A stretch of 64,000 nt of DNA from Octopus sinensis (lineage: Eukaryota), in the NCBI RefSeq assembly GCF_006345805.1, contig NC_043002.1, forward strand, positions 34,720,001 to 34,784,000, read 5' to 3'. Each line of letters starts with the position of its first letter. Position 1 is the stretch's first letter. The position numbers and the translations under genes were made by a program. The notes beneath the pieces are model-generated. The model was not told where the DNA came from and ran no database searches. It saw only the letters and a program-made list of their open reading frames with translations. Below are positions 51,851 through 63,965 of this stretch, piece by piece.

Positions 51851-51925
51851 GCAAAAAAAAAAAAAAATACTGAGTATCAATATTACTTTGAAATCAATTC
51901 CACTGAGCCCGAATGAAAAAATAAC

Positions 51926-51933
51926 TGACGTCA
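51926..51933. promoter_or_regulatory. Full palindromic cAMP response element (TGACGTCA) within 12-bp palindrome ACTGACGTCAGT (51924-51935)
   Basis: Exact consensus, 762 bp upstream of the PKA-RI ATG, inside the CpG-retaining zone. Function untested. Confidence 0.6.
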
Positions 51934-53389
51934 GTCCTCATCAAATGAAGAATATATACAGTATAACTACCACCACTGCCAAGTAATAGTCTAGGCACAT
52001 CTTTGCTACTGTGAAAGGATTTTCATGGGGCACTTGACCTGTTATGAATAGTAACCAAGTATCCTTTAGACCACACCCTACCATCTATAAAAAAAATCAG
52101 AACACTGAATAATGTTATCAAGGGTAGTAAAATATAACTAGAATGCCTCGATTAGGGCCAACCGGAAAGTAAACAATTGTTCTAATCTTTCTAAACTCGA
52201 ACCAGTTTTCCCGTCAAAGATTTTTTTCGCTCTCAGTTTTGAGTGATTCTTGCTAAATATTGCAATAAACTTATTGCCAATCGGTGATGCTTATTTCCTT
52301 CATAATTAGTATACGTCTGTGTGCGTGTGTGACCACTAAATTGAGATCGCTTTTGTTATCCTAATTTTTTTATTAAATTCCATAACGAAAATAAAACTTC
52401 TTTCAAATTCGCTGCACGTATTACCAATGAGAATTCCAGTTTAAGATTTCTACAAAAACAAAAATGCTAAAGATATATAAGAAAAAAATAAAGCGAATTG
52501 CCTCATTTAAAAAGAACGCATAGAAATTAAATTTTTGCCAATATATGAATATACAACTAACAAGTATTCTGAATCCTGGAATCCTTAAGTATTTCCTACA
52601 GTGCTACGTTATTTCTGAGCTCGATATGTGCCCATTGTTTCATTCTTCTTTAGCATTACTTTGCAGCCCTTATCGTAGTGTTTCAGGCTATATTTTACAG
52701 AACAACTCCCATGTACTGGTAGTTAGCATCATGCTAATTTTGAGTTGATAACTTAGCTACTACTGAATAACGTTTCTGCCGCTCAGTATTTGAGGTGAGT
52801 AATATTAAGAAGAGATGAAAATACTGCAAGATCTCTGAAAAGATTTCCTCCAGCAGCATGTTTGTAATAAAGGATTTCTGCTCATAATTTTTCGGTATTA
52901 GCTGTGTTTTCTTATTTATTTAGTTAGTAGGAAAGCCAGGACCCATGACACCTTTACAGGACCTCTAATATTGGCAGGAGTAAGGAAGTTATTCCCATAC
53001 TGAGACCTGGCCCAGACTGAAGTTTGCAAAGGGCACCCAAGGTACCATGAAAACTGTTATAATTCAGCTGTTGCTATAACATTATTATTAAAATTCATTG
53101 ATTTCAAAAGCAGAATAATGGGCTTCTTTGCATGTTATAAAAAATTTTCTAATGTAAAACATTTTCTGTTCATTAACAGCTGGTCCACACTATCCAATGT
53201 TGTCTCTGTCTGTTCACCAGTACCAAAAGGTTGTCTTGTTTCCAGCAAAACAAAGAGGACCTGAGTGGGCACTTGGTATTTTTAAGTTCTCAGGCCTGTA
53301 CCAGTGTAGTTTTCTGTAGGACACTAAGTGCAGTTCCCCTTATATCCAGTTTTTTTTCCTTGATTCATTAGTGCTTTAACATCCATGTG

Positions 53390-53830
53390 TCATCATCAGC
53401 AGCATCATTTAGTGACCATTTTCCATGCTGGCATGGGTTAGACAGTTTGACTGGAACTGGTAAGCTGGAGAGCTGTACCAGGCTCCAGTCTGATTTGGCA
53501 TAGTTTCTACAGCTGGATGCTCTTCCTAACGCCAGTCACTCCAAGAGTATAATGGGTGCCTTTTATGCATCACCAACATGGGTGCATTAGCATGTCTCCA
53601 GCACTGGCCAGGACTATGCCTGACAAGTCTTCTCAAGCACAGCAAATTGCCAAAGGTCTTGACCACTTGTCATTACCTCCATGAAGCCCAACATTTGAAG
53701 ATCATACTTCAGCACCTTGTCCCATATCTTCTTGGATCTACTTCTTCCGCAGGTTCCCTCCACAGTTAGAGATTGATACTTCTGTATGTCCTCGTCCATA
53801 TGCATCGCATGGGAGGGAGGGATGGATGGA
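53390..53830 (-). mobile_element. 5'-truncated RTE LINE: ORF C-terminus continuous with the family-B repeat and (GAT)n tail
   Basis: 53614-53810 translates MDEDIQKYQSLTVEGTCGRSRSKKIWDKVLKYDLQMLG...DLWQFAVLEK (RTE-type GRP..TW..D motif). It runs directly into the family-B body and ends in a catcatcag tail near 53390. Confidence 0.8.
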
Positions 53831-55689
53831 TGGAAATGAATAAGAATGACCTTTCTGATAATTATTTCCCCTTTAATAATTAGATGTTTACAATTTGTAA
53901 ACATCTAATTACCAAACTGGAAAAAAAATTATCAGTAATGTCATTCTTATTCATTTCTTTTTTCAAATATATAATACTGTACCAAGGACTTTCTATTTAT
54001 AATTCTACTATATACAATCATATGTACATTTATATATGTATGAAAGTATATATATACATTGTTAGTGAACAGGTCGCAGTCTCAAAGCGACGAAAATATT
54101 TTGACAAATTAAGTTTAAATGTTGAAGTGAATCTAACGGTTTTGTGTGTTTCTTAAATGGCTTATAAACACCTTCCTTGATATATATATATGTGTGTGTG
54201 TGTATAGTGTAGGTAATTAAGGCAAATACCAGCTGTTTCCTCTTGAAGCACATATACTTATTCCATTATTACAATCCAATATGTAGTCTCAGTCACTGCT
54301 GTATGTTAGTTCAAAATACATGTTAAAATTGAGAATTATGGAAATACTATTTGCAGAGTTATTATATAACAAAGCAAGAAATTCTTAATTTTTTGGTATC
54401 ATTTATTCACCATTTTATGTGTTTCATTTGCTAATTGGAATTATATGTTAAATAGACATGTAAGGAATTTCCTATTAGAAATTCTTCAGACAGAGAAATT
54501 AGACAATATAAAATCTTATGTTTGGACAATGCATTTATATTTAGATAGTGAAGGAAGAAAAGAGAGAGAGACGCACATGTATACATACATGTGTGTGTGT
54601 GAAGGGTGTTTAAAGTGGTGCACAAATTTTATGCATTAAGTGAAAGGGGGTAGAATTGTTGAATAATTATTTTATTATTTTCTAATTATTTACAAGTAAA
54701 TAATTATCCAAAATATTCTAGCTACCTCTTTTTCTTTGTATATATATATCTTTCCAAAATGTAACCACATGCAGACTGTTGGCAATTTTTTCCTGTCTTC
54801 CTTTGCTCCTGGACTTTCTTCTGTTGCCTGTTTCTGAAGAAGAGCCTTGCTCAAAATGTAAAACACCCTTTTTTTCCTTTTCTGAGTGTCTTATTAATAC
54901 TTTGCATGTACCACATCCTCACGTTGTTGGGGGGGGGGTTGTCTTTTTTCTCCATTTTTTTAATTAATTTTATATATATATATATATATGCACACACACA
55001 CACACATTTTTACATGGTTATATAGAAATATATTATTTTCTGATAATCATTGTTTGAGCTGTTTGTAAAGACAGAGAAAAACGTTTCAGATCTCTTTTGT
55101 AAAATTTTTTCTTCAGTTGTTATCTTCATGAGCATCTGTTGTTTTTCTCTCGACCCTTTAGCTGAGATTAAGGTTAGGAGCCACAAATTCAAGCAGAATA
55201 GATCAAGATCTATTTTGTTGACAATACTTAGATATTTGCCATAGACTTAATCAAAAGGGAAAGATCTGTATTTAATTTAGTTGCATTTGATTGAAAAAAT
55301 TTACAGAAGCATTATTTAATACTGGTGGTAAAAATGCAAAAGCAAAGCATATTCTTATAATCACAGCATGCTTCATTTAACACCTAACCAATAAAACATT
55401 TATTCTTTTTGTAGTCATAAGTTTAAAGTGAGTTTGTAAGTGAAGCCACTGATTTAAACTTCTACTCACAGGAGCTTCAGTTGACAACCATCTAATTGCA
55501 CACATATGGGGAACACATATGCCATAGAAACCGGGAAACAGGTCCCATGAGTCTGGCTAGGCTTTAAAAGGGCGCATTTATTTTTATTTTACAATTGTTT
55601 ATAAGATGTTTCATTGAAGAATGAGAAATAAAATTTTCTATATTTTTAGGGAGATGTTTAGGAGACACTGTCAATTGTGAAAAGAAATT

Positions 55690-56009
55690 ACTGTTGTGGC
55701 TGATGCCAATGTCATGTAACTGGCATGCAAAACGCACCCTTCGGACTTTGGGTCTCACAGAGGCAGTTACAAGACCTTTGGCAACGTACCATGCTTGACT
55801 GATACTGGTGTTTTGCAACTGGCACCTATATTAATGGCATGTAAAAAGCACCCACTACACTCTTGGAATAGTTGGCATTAGGAAGGGCATCCAGCTGTAA
55901 AAACCATGTCAAATCAGACTGGAACCTGGTGCAGCTTACCAGTTTTCACTCAAACTATCCAACCTATCCAGCATGGAAAACACATTAAATGATGATGATG
56001 ATGATGATG
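55690..56009 (+). mobile_element. Family B repeat, diverged
   Basis: ggcatgtaaaaagcacccactacactc...ggaagggcatccagctgt...gatgatgatgatg. Confidence 0.82.
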
Positions 56010-57229
56010 TCCCTCATCATGATCAGGATGAGAGACATCTAAATAAATATAACAATGGAACTGCTTTTAATAATTGATAGAAGCCATTTGTTAACCCTTA
56101 CCAGGACACTGGCAGTGTTAATTTTAATAGCAAATAAACTTTTAATGTTTAGTTTCCTTTTTCTACTTTTTTATTCAAAACATCCAGAATTTAACTTGCA
56201 TCACATCAACATTGTCATCTTCATCATCATTATCATCTTTACATCTGTTTTTCCAAACTGATATGGGTTGGTTCAGACTTTCTGTGGTAGTGTTCTAGAT
56301 ATTGTCTATTTACAGTACACAAGAAAGTGGCATACCTATTCTAAAAACCAGGAAATGTAGAGGATTCAAATCAAGATCTGTATATGCAATGTTTTTGAAT
56401 ATCGTAACCATTCTCAGAATGTAAAAATAAAAAGATCATTGGATTCGTTTAACAGAAAACTAAATTCCCCAGTTCTTACATCAAATTTTCAAAGTATGTT
56501 GCAAGGACAGTCTTTACAATATTGCACATTTGGTATTATGCAATATCACATTGGATGCAGTTTTACTTTAAAGATATTTTATTTTTGCACACTTCTATTA
56601 AATGATCACAGGTGTTAAATGATGGATGGTAGCAAATATACACAGATAAGTAAGCTCCAAAAATAAAATTTTCATCATATTTTCTTTAAACTGCTGCCTT
56701 TTGCTTTTATGTTTGGCAATATGTTACCAGCAGAATATTTTGCTATGATGTTGCATCTACAAAATTTGCACTGTTTTAGAGTACTGCATACTGATACATT
56801 GATATTTTTCCATAGTTTCTTTATTCATTATCAAGAAGGGCAAAGCAGAATGAAACAAACTTTAAATAGATACTGTTGAAAAAAAATTTAGAAGCCTACA
56901 ACTGCATTTACAAAACAGTTCACTGAAAAATTATGTCATGTAATGAGAGTAGCCAACAACTGGTAAGCATCAATGTGGTTGAAGCTTAAATCTTATTCTC
57001 ACTACTCACTCTTATTTGCCAGATGCCAATAGTTCTAATACTTTCTGCCATGAGTTATCAAATGTCACTATTAATTAAATTTGGAAGGAATATTATTTCA
57101 AAACCTTCACACAGCACACACACAGATACATCATTTTGTGCAATTTATTCTTTTGACTTTCCTAATACATTATTACACAAATACATACTGATCGGTTGTA
57201 ACACATGGAAAAAGAAGGTGCTAATCATG

Positions 57230-57951
57230 GTCAAGAGATGATGCCAAACAGTGTATGGGAGTGACAATGGCAAGGAGATACTAGCAAACATCTGAGATGA
57301 CAGCTGCATGACTCCAGAATAACAGAATCAGGAAATAAAGAACGGGGCAATTGAAGAGAATAGGAATGTATGTGTCCAGGATGTGAAACAAAGAACAAAT
57401 AGCAAAAAATTAGATCCTCCAAGGCCTTGTGATGGAACACAGATGATCATAGAACAATTGCACAAGAATCTAATCATAACAAAGATCAATGTTGGTGCAT
57501 TCAAAAAGACATTGTCATGATTCCTAGAATTAAGCTCAATACATCAGAAGGTGAAGGTGTACCTTTTCAGCAGACCAAGTTCCCAATACAGTCATATTTT
57601 GCCATGACTATTCACAAAGCAAAAAAAAAAAAAACACAAGCCATGCAGAATGTCTTAATCCATCTCAAGAAATTAGTATTCTGGCATGGCCAGCTGCATG
57701 TGGCTTTAAGACAGGGAATAAGGAATGAAAATTAAAGAATTTTTCAAGAAAGGCCGGTCTACCAGAAACGCAATAAAAAATTATCTCCTTTAAACAACTA
57801 AGAACTTTTGTCTTTCTTCTTTAATACAGAAAGCATTATCAATATCCATTCAGACAATGCATTCATATTTATAATTTTCTTCATGCATTTGACAGATTAC
57901 TATTATTTGGATAGTCGCAATTAAAGAAACCCAGAAGTTACATTAAATATG

Positions 57952-58023
<72 letters not shown>

Positions 58024-58104
58024 TAAGTACTATGATTCTCATCCAACAAACTGGCAAACAATTAAGTGCACTATTTATTAGGCAACACCGGGTATAAAAT
58101 CTAG
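57230..58104 (+). mobile_element. Helitron 3' portion: decayed PIF1-like helicase C-terminus, internal (TA)n and CTAG terminus
   Basis: 57410 LDPPRPCDGTQMIIEQLHKNLIITKINVGAFK, then a frameshift to MIPRIKL...FPIQSYFAMTIHKA...VFWHGQLHVALR (RepHel helicase motifs PRI.L, FP...FAMTI.K, FSHGQLYVA.SR). The 3' end ggcaacaccgggtataaaatCTAG|T has CTAG at 58101-58104. Confidence 0.85.
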
Positions 58105-58759
58105 TGTGTGTGTGGGTATGTGTGTATACATGTATTGGTGCAGCCCCTCTCTTACCAGCCCTGGTAAACTGCCCAACCTATGATAGCATGGACAATGGAG
58201 GTTAAATGATGATGATGACATAGATACACACACTCACATAACATATATACATACATGCATATATATATATTTGTGTGTGTGTGTCAATTAGCATTTTTTC
58301 CTTTTTAAAAATGTTCCTTTACATGCAAATTTCCAAAAAAAACTGCTAGATCTAGCCACAAAAGGTTTAGTTAATCATACTGATTTGTATAACTGCACAG
58401 GTCTATACCATAATCATTGGTATATATGTATTCATTTGTTTTTACATCTGTTCTTTTTCCCCATGCTAGCATGGGCTATGCAAATATATTTTGGGGACAT
58501 TGTTTTATAGCTACATAACCTTTTTGCTGCTAACTCTTATTTGTCTTTCAAGTAAATGATTATATACATATTTGTGTGTGTGTGTGTAATTTTAAAGCTC
58601 CGAGAAGGAAGGCTGAGAAGACAACTGTTAAATAAATTGGTTGATTAATCAATCAATTAATGGCTCAACAGATTCAACTCACTGTGTAATTTGGAACATG
58701 TGCAAGTAAATAAAGAAGTATATAAATATAATTCTTCATTTTTACTTCTTTAATGTGTA

Positions 58760-59127
58760 TATACTAGACTTGCTTACCTGGTGTTGCCAGTAGAGAGGAG
58801 AGGAGTACTCCATCAGTTACAACAATATAGGTTCCAGCTGATACGATCAACGGAACAGCTTGCTCGTGAAATTAACATGCAAGTGGCTGAGCACTCCACA
58901 GACATGTATACACTTAACATAGTTCTCAGGGAGATTCAGCATGACACAGAGTGTGACGAGGATGGCCCTTTGAAATACAGGTACTACTCATTTTTGACAG
59001 CTGAGTGAACTGGAGCAACGTGAACTAAGATGTCTTGCTCAAGGACACAATGCATCACCAGGAATCGAACTCACAACCTTATGATCATGAGCCAAATGCC
59101 CTAGCCACTAAGCCACGTGCCTTCACC
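58760..59127 (-). mobile_element. SINE family D-related
   Basis: + strand ctggagcaacgtgaactaagatgtcttgctcaaggacac...ggaatcgaactc...ccctagccactaagccac is the reverse complement of a tRNA head plus central domain. Confidence 0.75.
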
Positions 59128-59530
59128 CAGTAAATAGCATACTAAATTGCTGGCCAGTTTGTTGAATGGGAGTCATAGTACTTATGCATATATAAATATT
59201 TAATCTAACTTCCTCTGTTACTACTTTTCACATACATTTCTATCACACCTTATTTCCACTTACTTATGTCCGTCTTCAGTACATGACACAACTATCTCAT
59301 CCTACTTCTTTTCAGAACGTCTACCACTAGTTGTATTCCCATCATCTGCAGTTTATCATCTCTCTCTCTCTCTTCTCTCTCTTCTTCCCTCTCTCTTTCT
59401 CTGTCAGTGGTGGTAAGGGATTGGCAGGGTGATGATGATGATAATCATGATGTAATCTGTTCAACAGTGTATGTGGAGACTTAGGAGTTAGGTAAAACTG
59501 TTGAAAAGATATAACCACTAGAATAGAAGG

Positions 59531-59767
59531 AAGGCGGTGAGCTGGCAGAAACGTTAGCATGCCAGGTGAAATGCTTAGTGGTATTTCATCTGCCGTTATG
59601 TTCTGAGTTCAAATTCCGCCAAGGTCGACTTTGCCTTTCATCCTTTCAGGGTCGATAAAATTAAGTACCAGTTACGCACTGGTGTCGATGTAATCGACTT
59701 AATCCCTTTGTCTGTTCTTGTTTGTCCTCTCTATGTTTAGCCCCTTGTGGGCAATAAAGAAATAAGA
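59531..59767 (+). mobile_element. Family C SINE, well preserved
   Basis: aaggcggtgagctggcagaaacgttagc...gagttcaaattccgccaaggtcgac...taaagaaataagaa. Confidence 0.9.
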
Positions 59768-60859
59768 ATAGAAGTAAGTGATGGTCTCCATTGACTTGTC
59801 TCTTCAATAAAGAGCAAAGGGTTGAAAGGTTAGACAGCTCTTCTCTTTACAGCACACCTTAGAGTATCCATTTTTAAACTTAATAAAATCATTCCTGCTC
59901 TTCAGTAGCATTTTCATAACCAGCCAGCCAACAACTTCTATTAGGAATATAACAGTATACATTTTTCATAAGGACCTTAAGCAAATAAAACCATAACTGT
60001 CAGTGGATTATGTTGTTGTTGTTTTTTTGTTTGTTTATGCAACATTTTTTCAATTTTTAATTTTCAGCATTTTTTAAGTAAAAGGAGGAAGAAGGGAGAA
60101 AGTTCAACATGCTTCATTAAATTTTGGCTTTTTTCCTGAATGAAAAGAAAAAGTTTTCTACATCATTAAAATAGAATTCATTTCTCAACTGAACTTTTTC
60201 AATAGAGAACATATCAAGATGGATCAATGCTGTTTACAGTTTCAAGATGGGTTAATTTTTTACAAATCATTTTCTTAATTATACTGGACTGCATGTTTGT
60301 TGTCCCAAACAACAGGCATGGCAGACAAAAAAAAGGGAAAAAGGGAGTGTCAAATTAACAAACAAAATTGGTAAAGTTGAATAAAATAAGATGGAGTTTT
60401 AGGATAAGATAAAGTTTAATTGATTTGGAAGTACAGCAACATAGTATTTCTGTTTTTCCCTGGCTAACCACCATAGAACAAAATACTGTCATAAGTATTC
60501 TAACTTTCACTATCCTAGGACAACATTTAAAGAATTCAAAGAAATGATATGCTATTTCTTAGGACGAAAAGGGGTATTTTTTTTTATGATTTCACTGCTA
60601 TTTTTAGCAGGTTGAGTGACCACATAAAGCAAGTATGAGCAACCTTTTTTCAAGAACCTGGTTGCATGAGACAACTTATCATTATGCAGGCTACACAACT
60701 AAAAGAATTCACAATAATTCTTCATTAAGCAGGCCATTCAGAAAGCCCTGTGGGCCACATGCAGCCACCAGGCTGTAGTTTGTTCCTGACTGACATTGAA
60801 GCTCCCTCTTTGGCTCAAGGTACAACGTTGTTGTTCAAGATATGACATCAATATCGTTT

Positions 60860-61505
60860 GATAATACTGCTAGTGTATTTTTAGGGAGTATAGTAATGGT
60901 ACAGTAGAGAAGGTGATAGTTGTGGTATTTGATGGTACCAATCATGTAGTTTGAAGGAATATAGAGAAGTAGAATGACTATGAACTGAGTAATGGTGTTT
61001 TATAGCACTGCTAGTGTGTTTGATTGTATACAACTCACGTCCTGCTATGCTGGAGGCTCCATGAAGAAGTGGGGCCACAAGCAACCACCCTGCAATTGGC
61101 ATATCCACCAGGTGGCAGATGGTGGGATGACCACAAGAATATGGGTAGCTGCAAAATAAGCAGGTGGGACCCATAACAGGACCACTTAGCAAATAAGCAG
61201 TTGTGGAGCATTTGGCAAATGGTTCATCAGGACAGGCAGGTCTCAAGAAGTTGAACCTGTGTCCCTCTAAATATCCCATATGCCCAATGATGACACTGTT
61301 GGGTGAGCTGGAACCACATCAAAGGTTCCACCATGACCACCAAGCCATGGGGTTTAACACCAGCAGGAGGTCCAGATCTGTTAGTCCTCCAGGTGCTGGA
61401 ATAGTGAGTGCATGTCAATAAAAAGGCCCAGTCCTTCAGGATTGGGGGTCAGGCGGAAACTAATCACCTACCCCCATAAAAATTGAGTTGATTACAGAAA
61501 CTATT
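60860..61505 (+). mobile_element. Probable 5' UTR remnant of an RTE LINE
   Basis: ccttcaggattgggggtcaggcggaaactaatcacctacccccataaaaa...ttacagaaac resembles the conserved RTE 5'UTR motif as I recall it. GC-richer than its flanks. Confidence 0.4.
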
Positions 61506-62059
61506 TTACTTTCTAAAAGCCAATTATACATACATACATACATACAGTAACATCAAGTGATATACATCAATACATGGTAAATTATTACAGTAACATCATG
61601 TGATATAGTATGTACACAGATTACATCACAAGATATTACAATATTCCCATGTGGTATAATAACAAGCTTATTGTATACAGTACTCAGGTATACTACAACT
61701 AAAAAAAAAGAGTAAGAGCATGAAGTCAAGTAAAGAAAGACAGTATTGGTTACTAAAATACACATACAGTATACAGTAAAAAAAGCCATAAAGTGGAAAT
61801 AGCTCATAAACACATCATAATTTCAAAAAGTATGAACATTTTTAAGAATGCAGTGTCTTGACACCAAACAACTGACAGTAGTTTATTCCAGGCTTCAACA
61901 ATTCTTTGTGGGAAAAATATTTGCAAAAGTCATGGGCACTGCATTGTTATTTGATATCATAAGTGTGTTGATAGATGGAAAAGATATTTAATTAGAAAAG
62001 GTGACCAAAGTTGTCTTGTGGGCTTCAACAAAGTCAGCTGTTAGATGTCAAAGGTTTAA

Positions 62060-62279
62060 CCCTTTCGTTACTGTATTTATTTTGAGATGCTCTGTGTTTC
62101 TTTCAATTACTTTAAATATAACAGAGAATTTAGTAAAATAACTTAGTTATCATTAAGCTAGTGTTAGGAACATAAATTGTGACTAAGGTTTGGTGGAAGA
62201 TTTTAATTCAAAACTTATGAAAACAAGACATTTGTACTCAGAACCAGAGCCGGTTTCAGCCGGGTTGGTAATGAGAGGG
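62060..62279 (-). mobile_element. piggyBac-type MITE, family P1 copy 2 (inverted relative to copy 1)
   Basis: TTAA|CCCTTTCGTTAC...GTAATGAGAGGG|TTAA. The interior is the reverse complement of 17672-17892. Confidence 0.9.
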
Positions 62280-62462
62280 TTAATATATTGATGTCCAGAG
62301 AAGTACAACATTCAAGATATGGTAAGTGACTGACAAAGGGTATTTGTTTTGCTGCATGTCCCTAAACAGTCCCCAGTAGATCAATATTCTGAACAAGATA
62401 TGAATTCCAGACTGGAGGTGCACACTGTAAGTGTGGAGTGCCTTAACCATATACAAATTTAA

Positions 62463-62625
62463 CCCTTTCGCATTCAGATTACTCAGTCAAATGTAATTCT
62501 TTTTCCATCACATTTTTTGAATTAATCATGCATGTGATATAGTATGTACATAGATAACATCACAAGATATTACAATATCCCCATGTGGTATAATAACAAG
62601 CTTATTGCATTTTTGATTATTTTAG
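62463..62625. mobile_element. piggyBac-type MITE, family P3 partial copy carrying a captured local 77-bp segment
   Basis: TTAA|ccctttcgcattcagattactcagtcaaatgtaa...aattaatcatgcat, followed by a copy of 61597-61673. Confidence 0.6.
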
Positions 62626-63614
62626 AAATGTGGTCTAACCAGCACTGATCATTGTTGATTAATGTCTAACTCAAGTTCTCCAGCAGACTTCTAAAAGTTG
62701 AAGTTATGGAAGGAGCTGGTAAATTCTGGGTTTTACATCCCAAAATGTTTAGTGGTACACTTGTCAACTGTCATCTTGAGTTGCCAATCAACAAACCATT
62801 ACTGAATTGTATCCAGGTCAGATTTATAGCTTTTAAATCTAACATTTTGATATTTGTAAGTTAAACATCAAAACTCTATGTACATTTTTTAGTAATAAAA
62901 AAATATCTTTTATTATTAAAATAGCGCAATTTCTAAATTGCTTTCCTTTCAAACTGAAATACATTTTTAGATGTTTTGTTAGAAAATAACCTATATATAA
63001 CTGAATGATTAAAAAAGTTTACTGGGTGAAGCTATATGAACTTCACTATAATAAATATCTTTTTATTGTACCATTGTTTCTTCTTGCTGTGCTTGAAGTG
63101 AAAGGATATTGGCCTTAATTGAGTGTGACCTTCACAAATACAAGTTGTGGATGAAGTTAGTAATATAGGTGAGTTTAACAATGGAACTTGAAGATTATTA
63201 TTGGCCATAGTTGATAGGTGCCAAACTGAGGTAGTGTTAGATCTGAGGTGAAAGAGAATATGGAATTTGATGTATTCAAGATTAATGTATTGCAAAGGAA
63301 GAACAGTAGAGTAATAGTTGTTAATAATGGTCAGGGCTATGTTAAGTAGACTGAAGTATAATGGAATGTATTCTTGCTCATATGGAAGCCATGAAGTGAA
63401 GACAAATGTATCCTTAAAATCAATTTGAAAGGGATAAATATGAAGCCATTAAGCACGCAAGATTTTTAAAAAGATTTTTATTAATTAATGGAAGAAATAG
63501 TTGTATGATATATGATAGAAGTGTGTGTCTCTAATATTTGATGGAAGATATGTATGTCTGGTGTCTAGTGCCTGTTTGATATTAGGTATCAATCAATCAA
63601 ATCTATGACTTTAC

Positions 63615-63965
63615 AAAAATCAAAGGTGTACAGCAAGGATGCACTCTTGTCCCTCCATCATTTTCATTCATCAGTCAACCTCATGTTTTCCACCATCTTC
63701 TTCCCAGTCCGTTCCTTGATGTTAATCAATCAACTCACTTAGTGATCTTTCTTTACTTCTTTTACTGAAGGTTTATCTAAACATAGCCATATTCCCCAGA
63801 GGTAACATATTAGGGTGGCATGTCACATGGCCAAACCACTTCTTTGCCCAGCTTTTAATAATTTTCAGAAGAGTGTCATGCTTTGCAGTTATCCCAACAA
63901 TTTCTTTCTTAACACTCATTTAATGTTCTGTATATGGGATGCAGAAGATAATTCTATGGTATTTA
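63615..63965. mobile_element. RTE/LINE fragments (RT motif on +, C-terminal motif on -)
   Basis: + 63626 GVQQGCTLVP resembles GV.QGC.LSP. Minus 63780-63960 reads approximately RIIFCIPYTEH...HDTLLKIIKSWAKKWFGHVT, matching RTE I.YTEH.TN...LKW.GHV. Confidence 0.55.

Larger units (their letters stand above)
49400..52900. promoter_or_regulatory. CpG-retaining promoter/first-exon zone
   Basis: Hand counts of CpG: 22 in 50941-51540, versus 3 in 1-600 and 1 in 60001-60600. The zone is centred on the first coding exon. Edges are approximate. Confidence 0.7.

Noticed and set aside
58781-59008. 75-aa ORF with natural-looking composition
   Set aside because: It lies antisense within a family D SINE; no recognisable domain.
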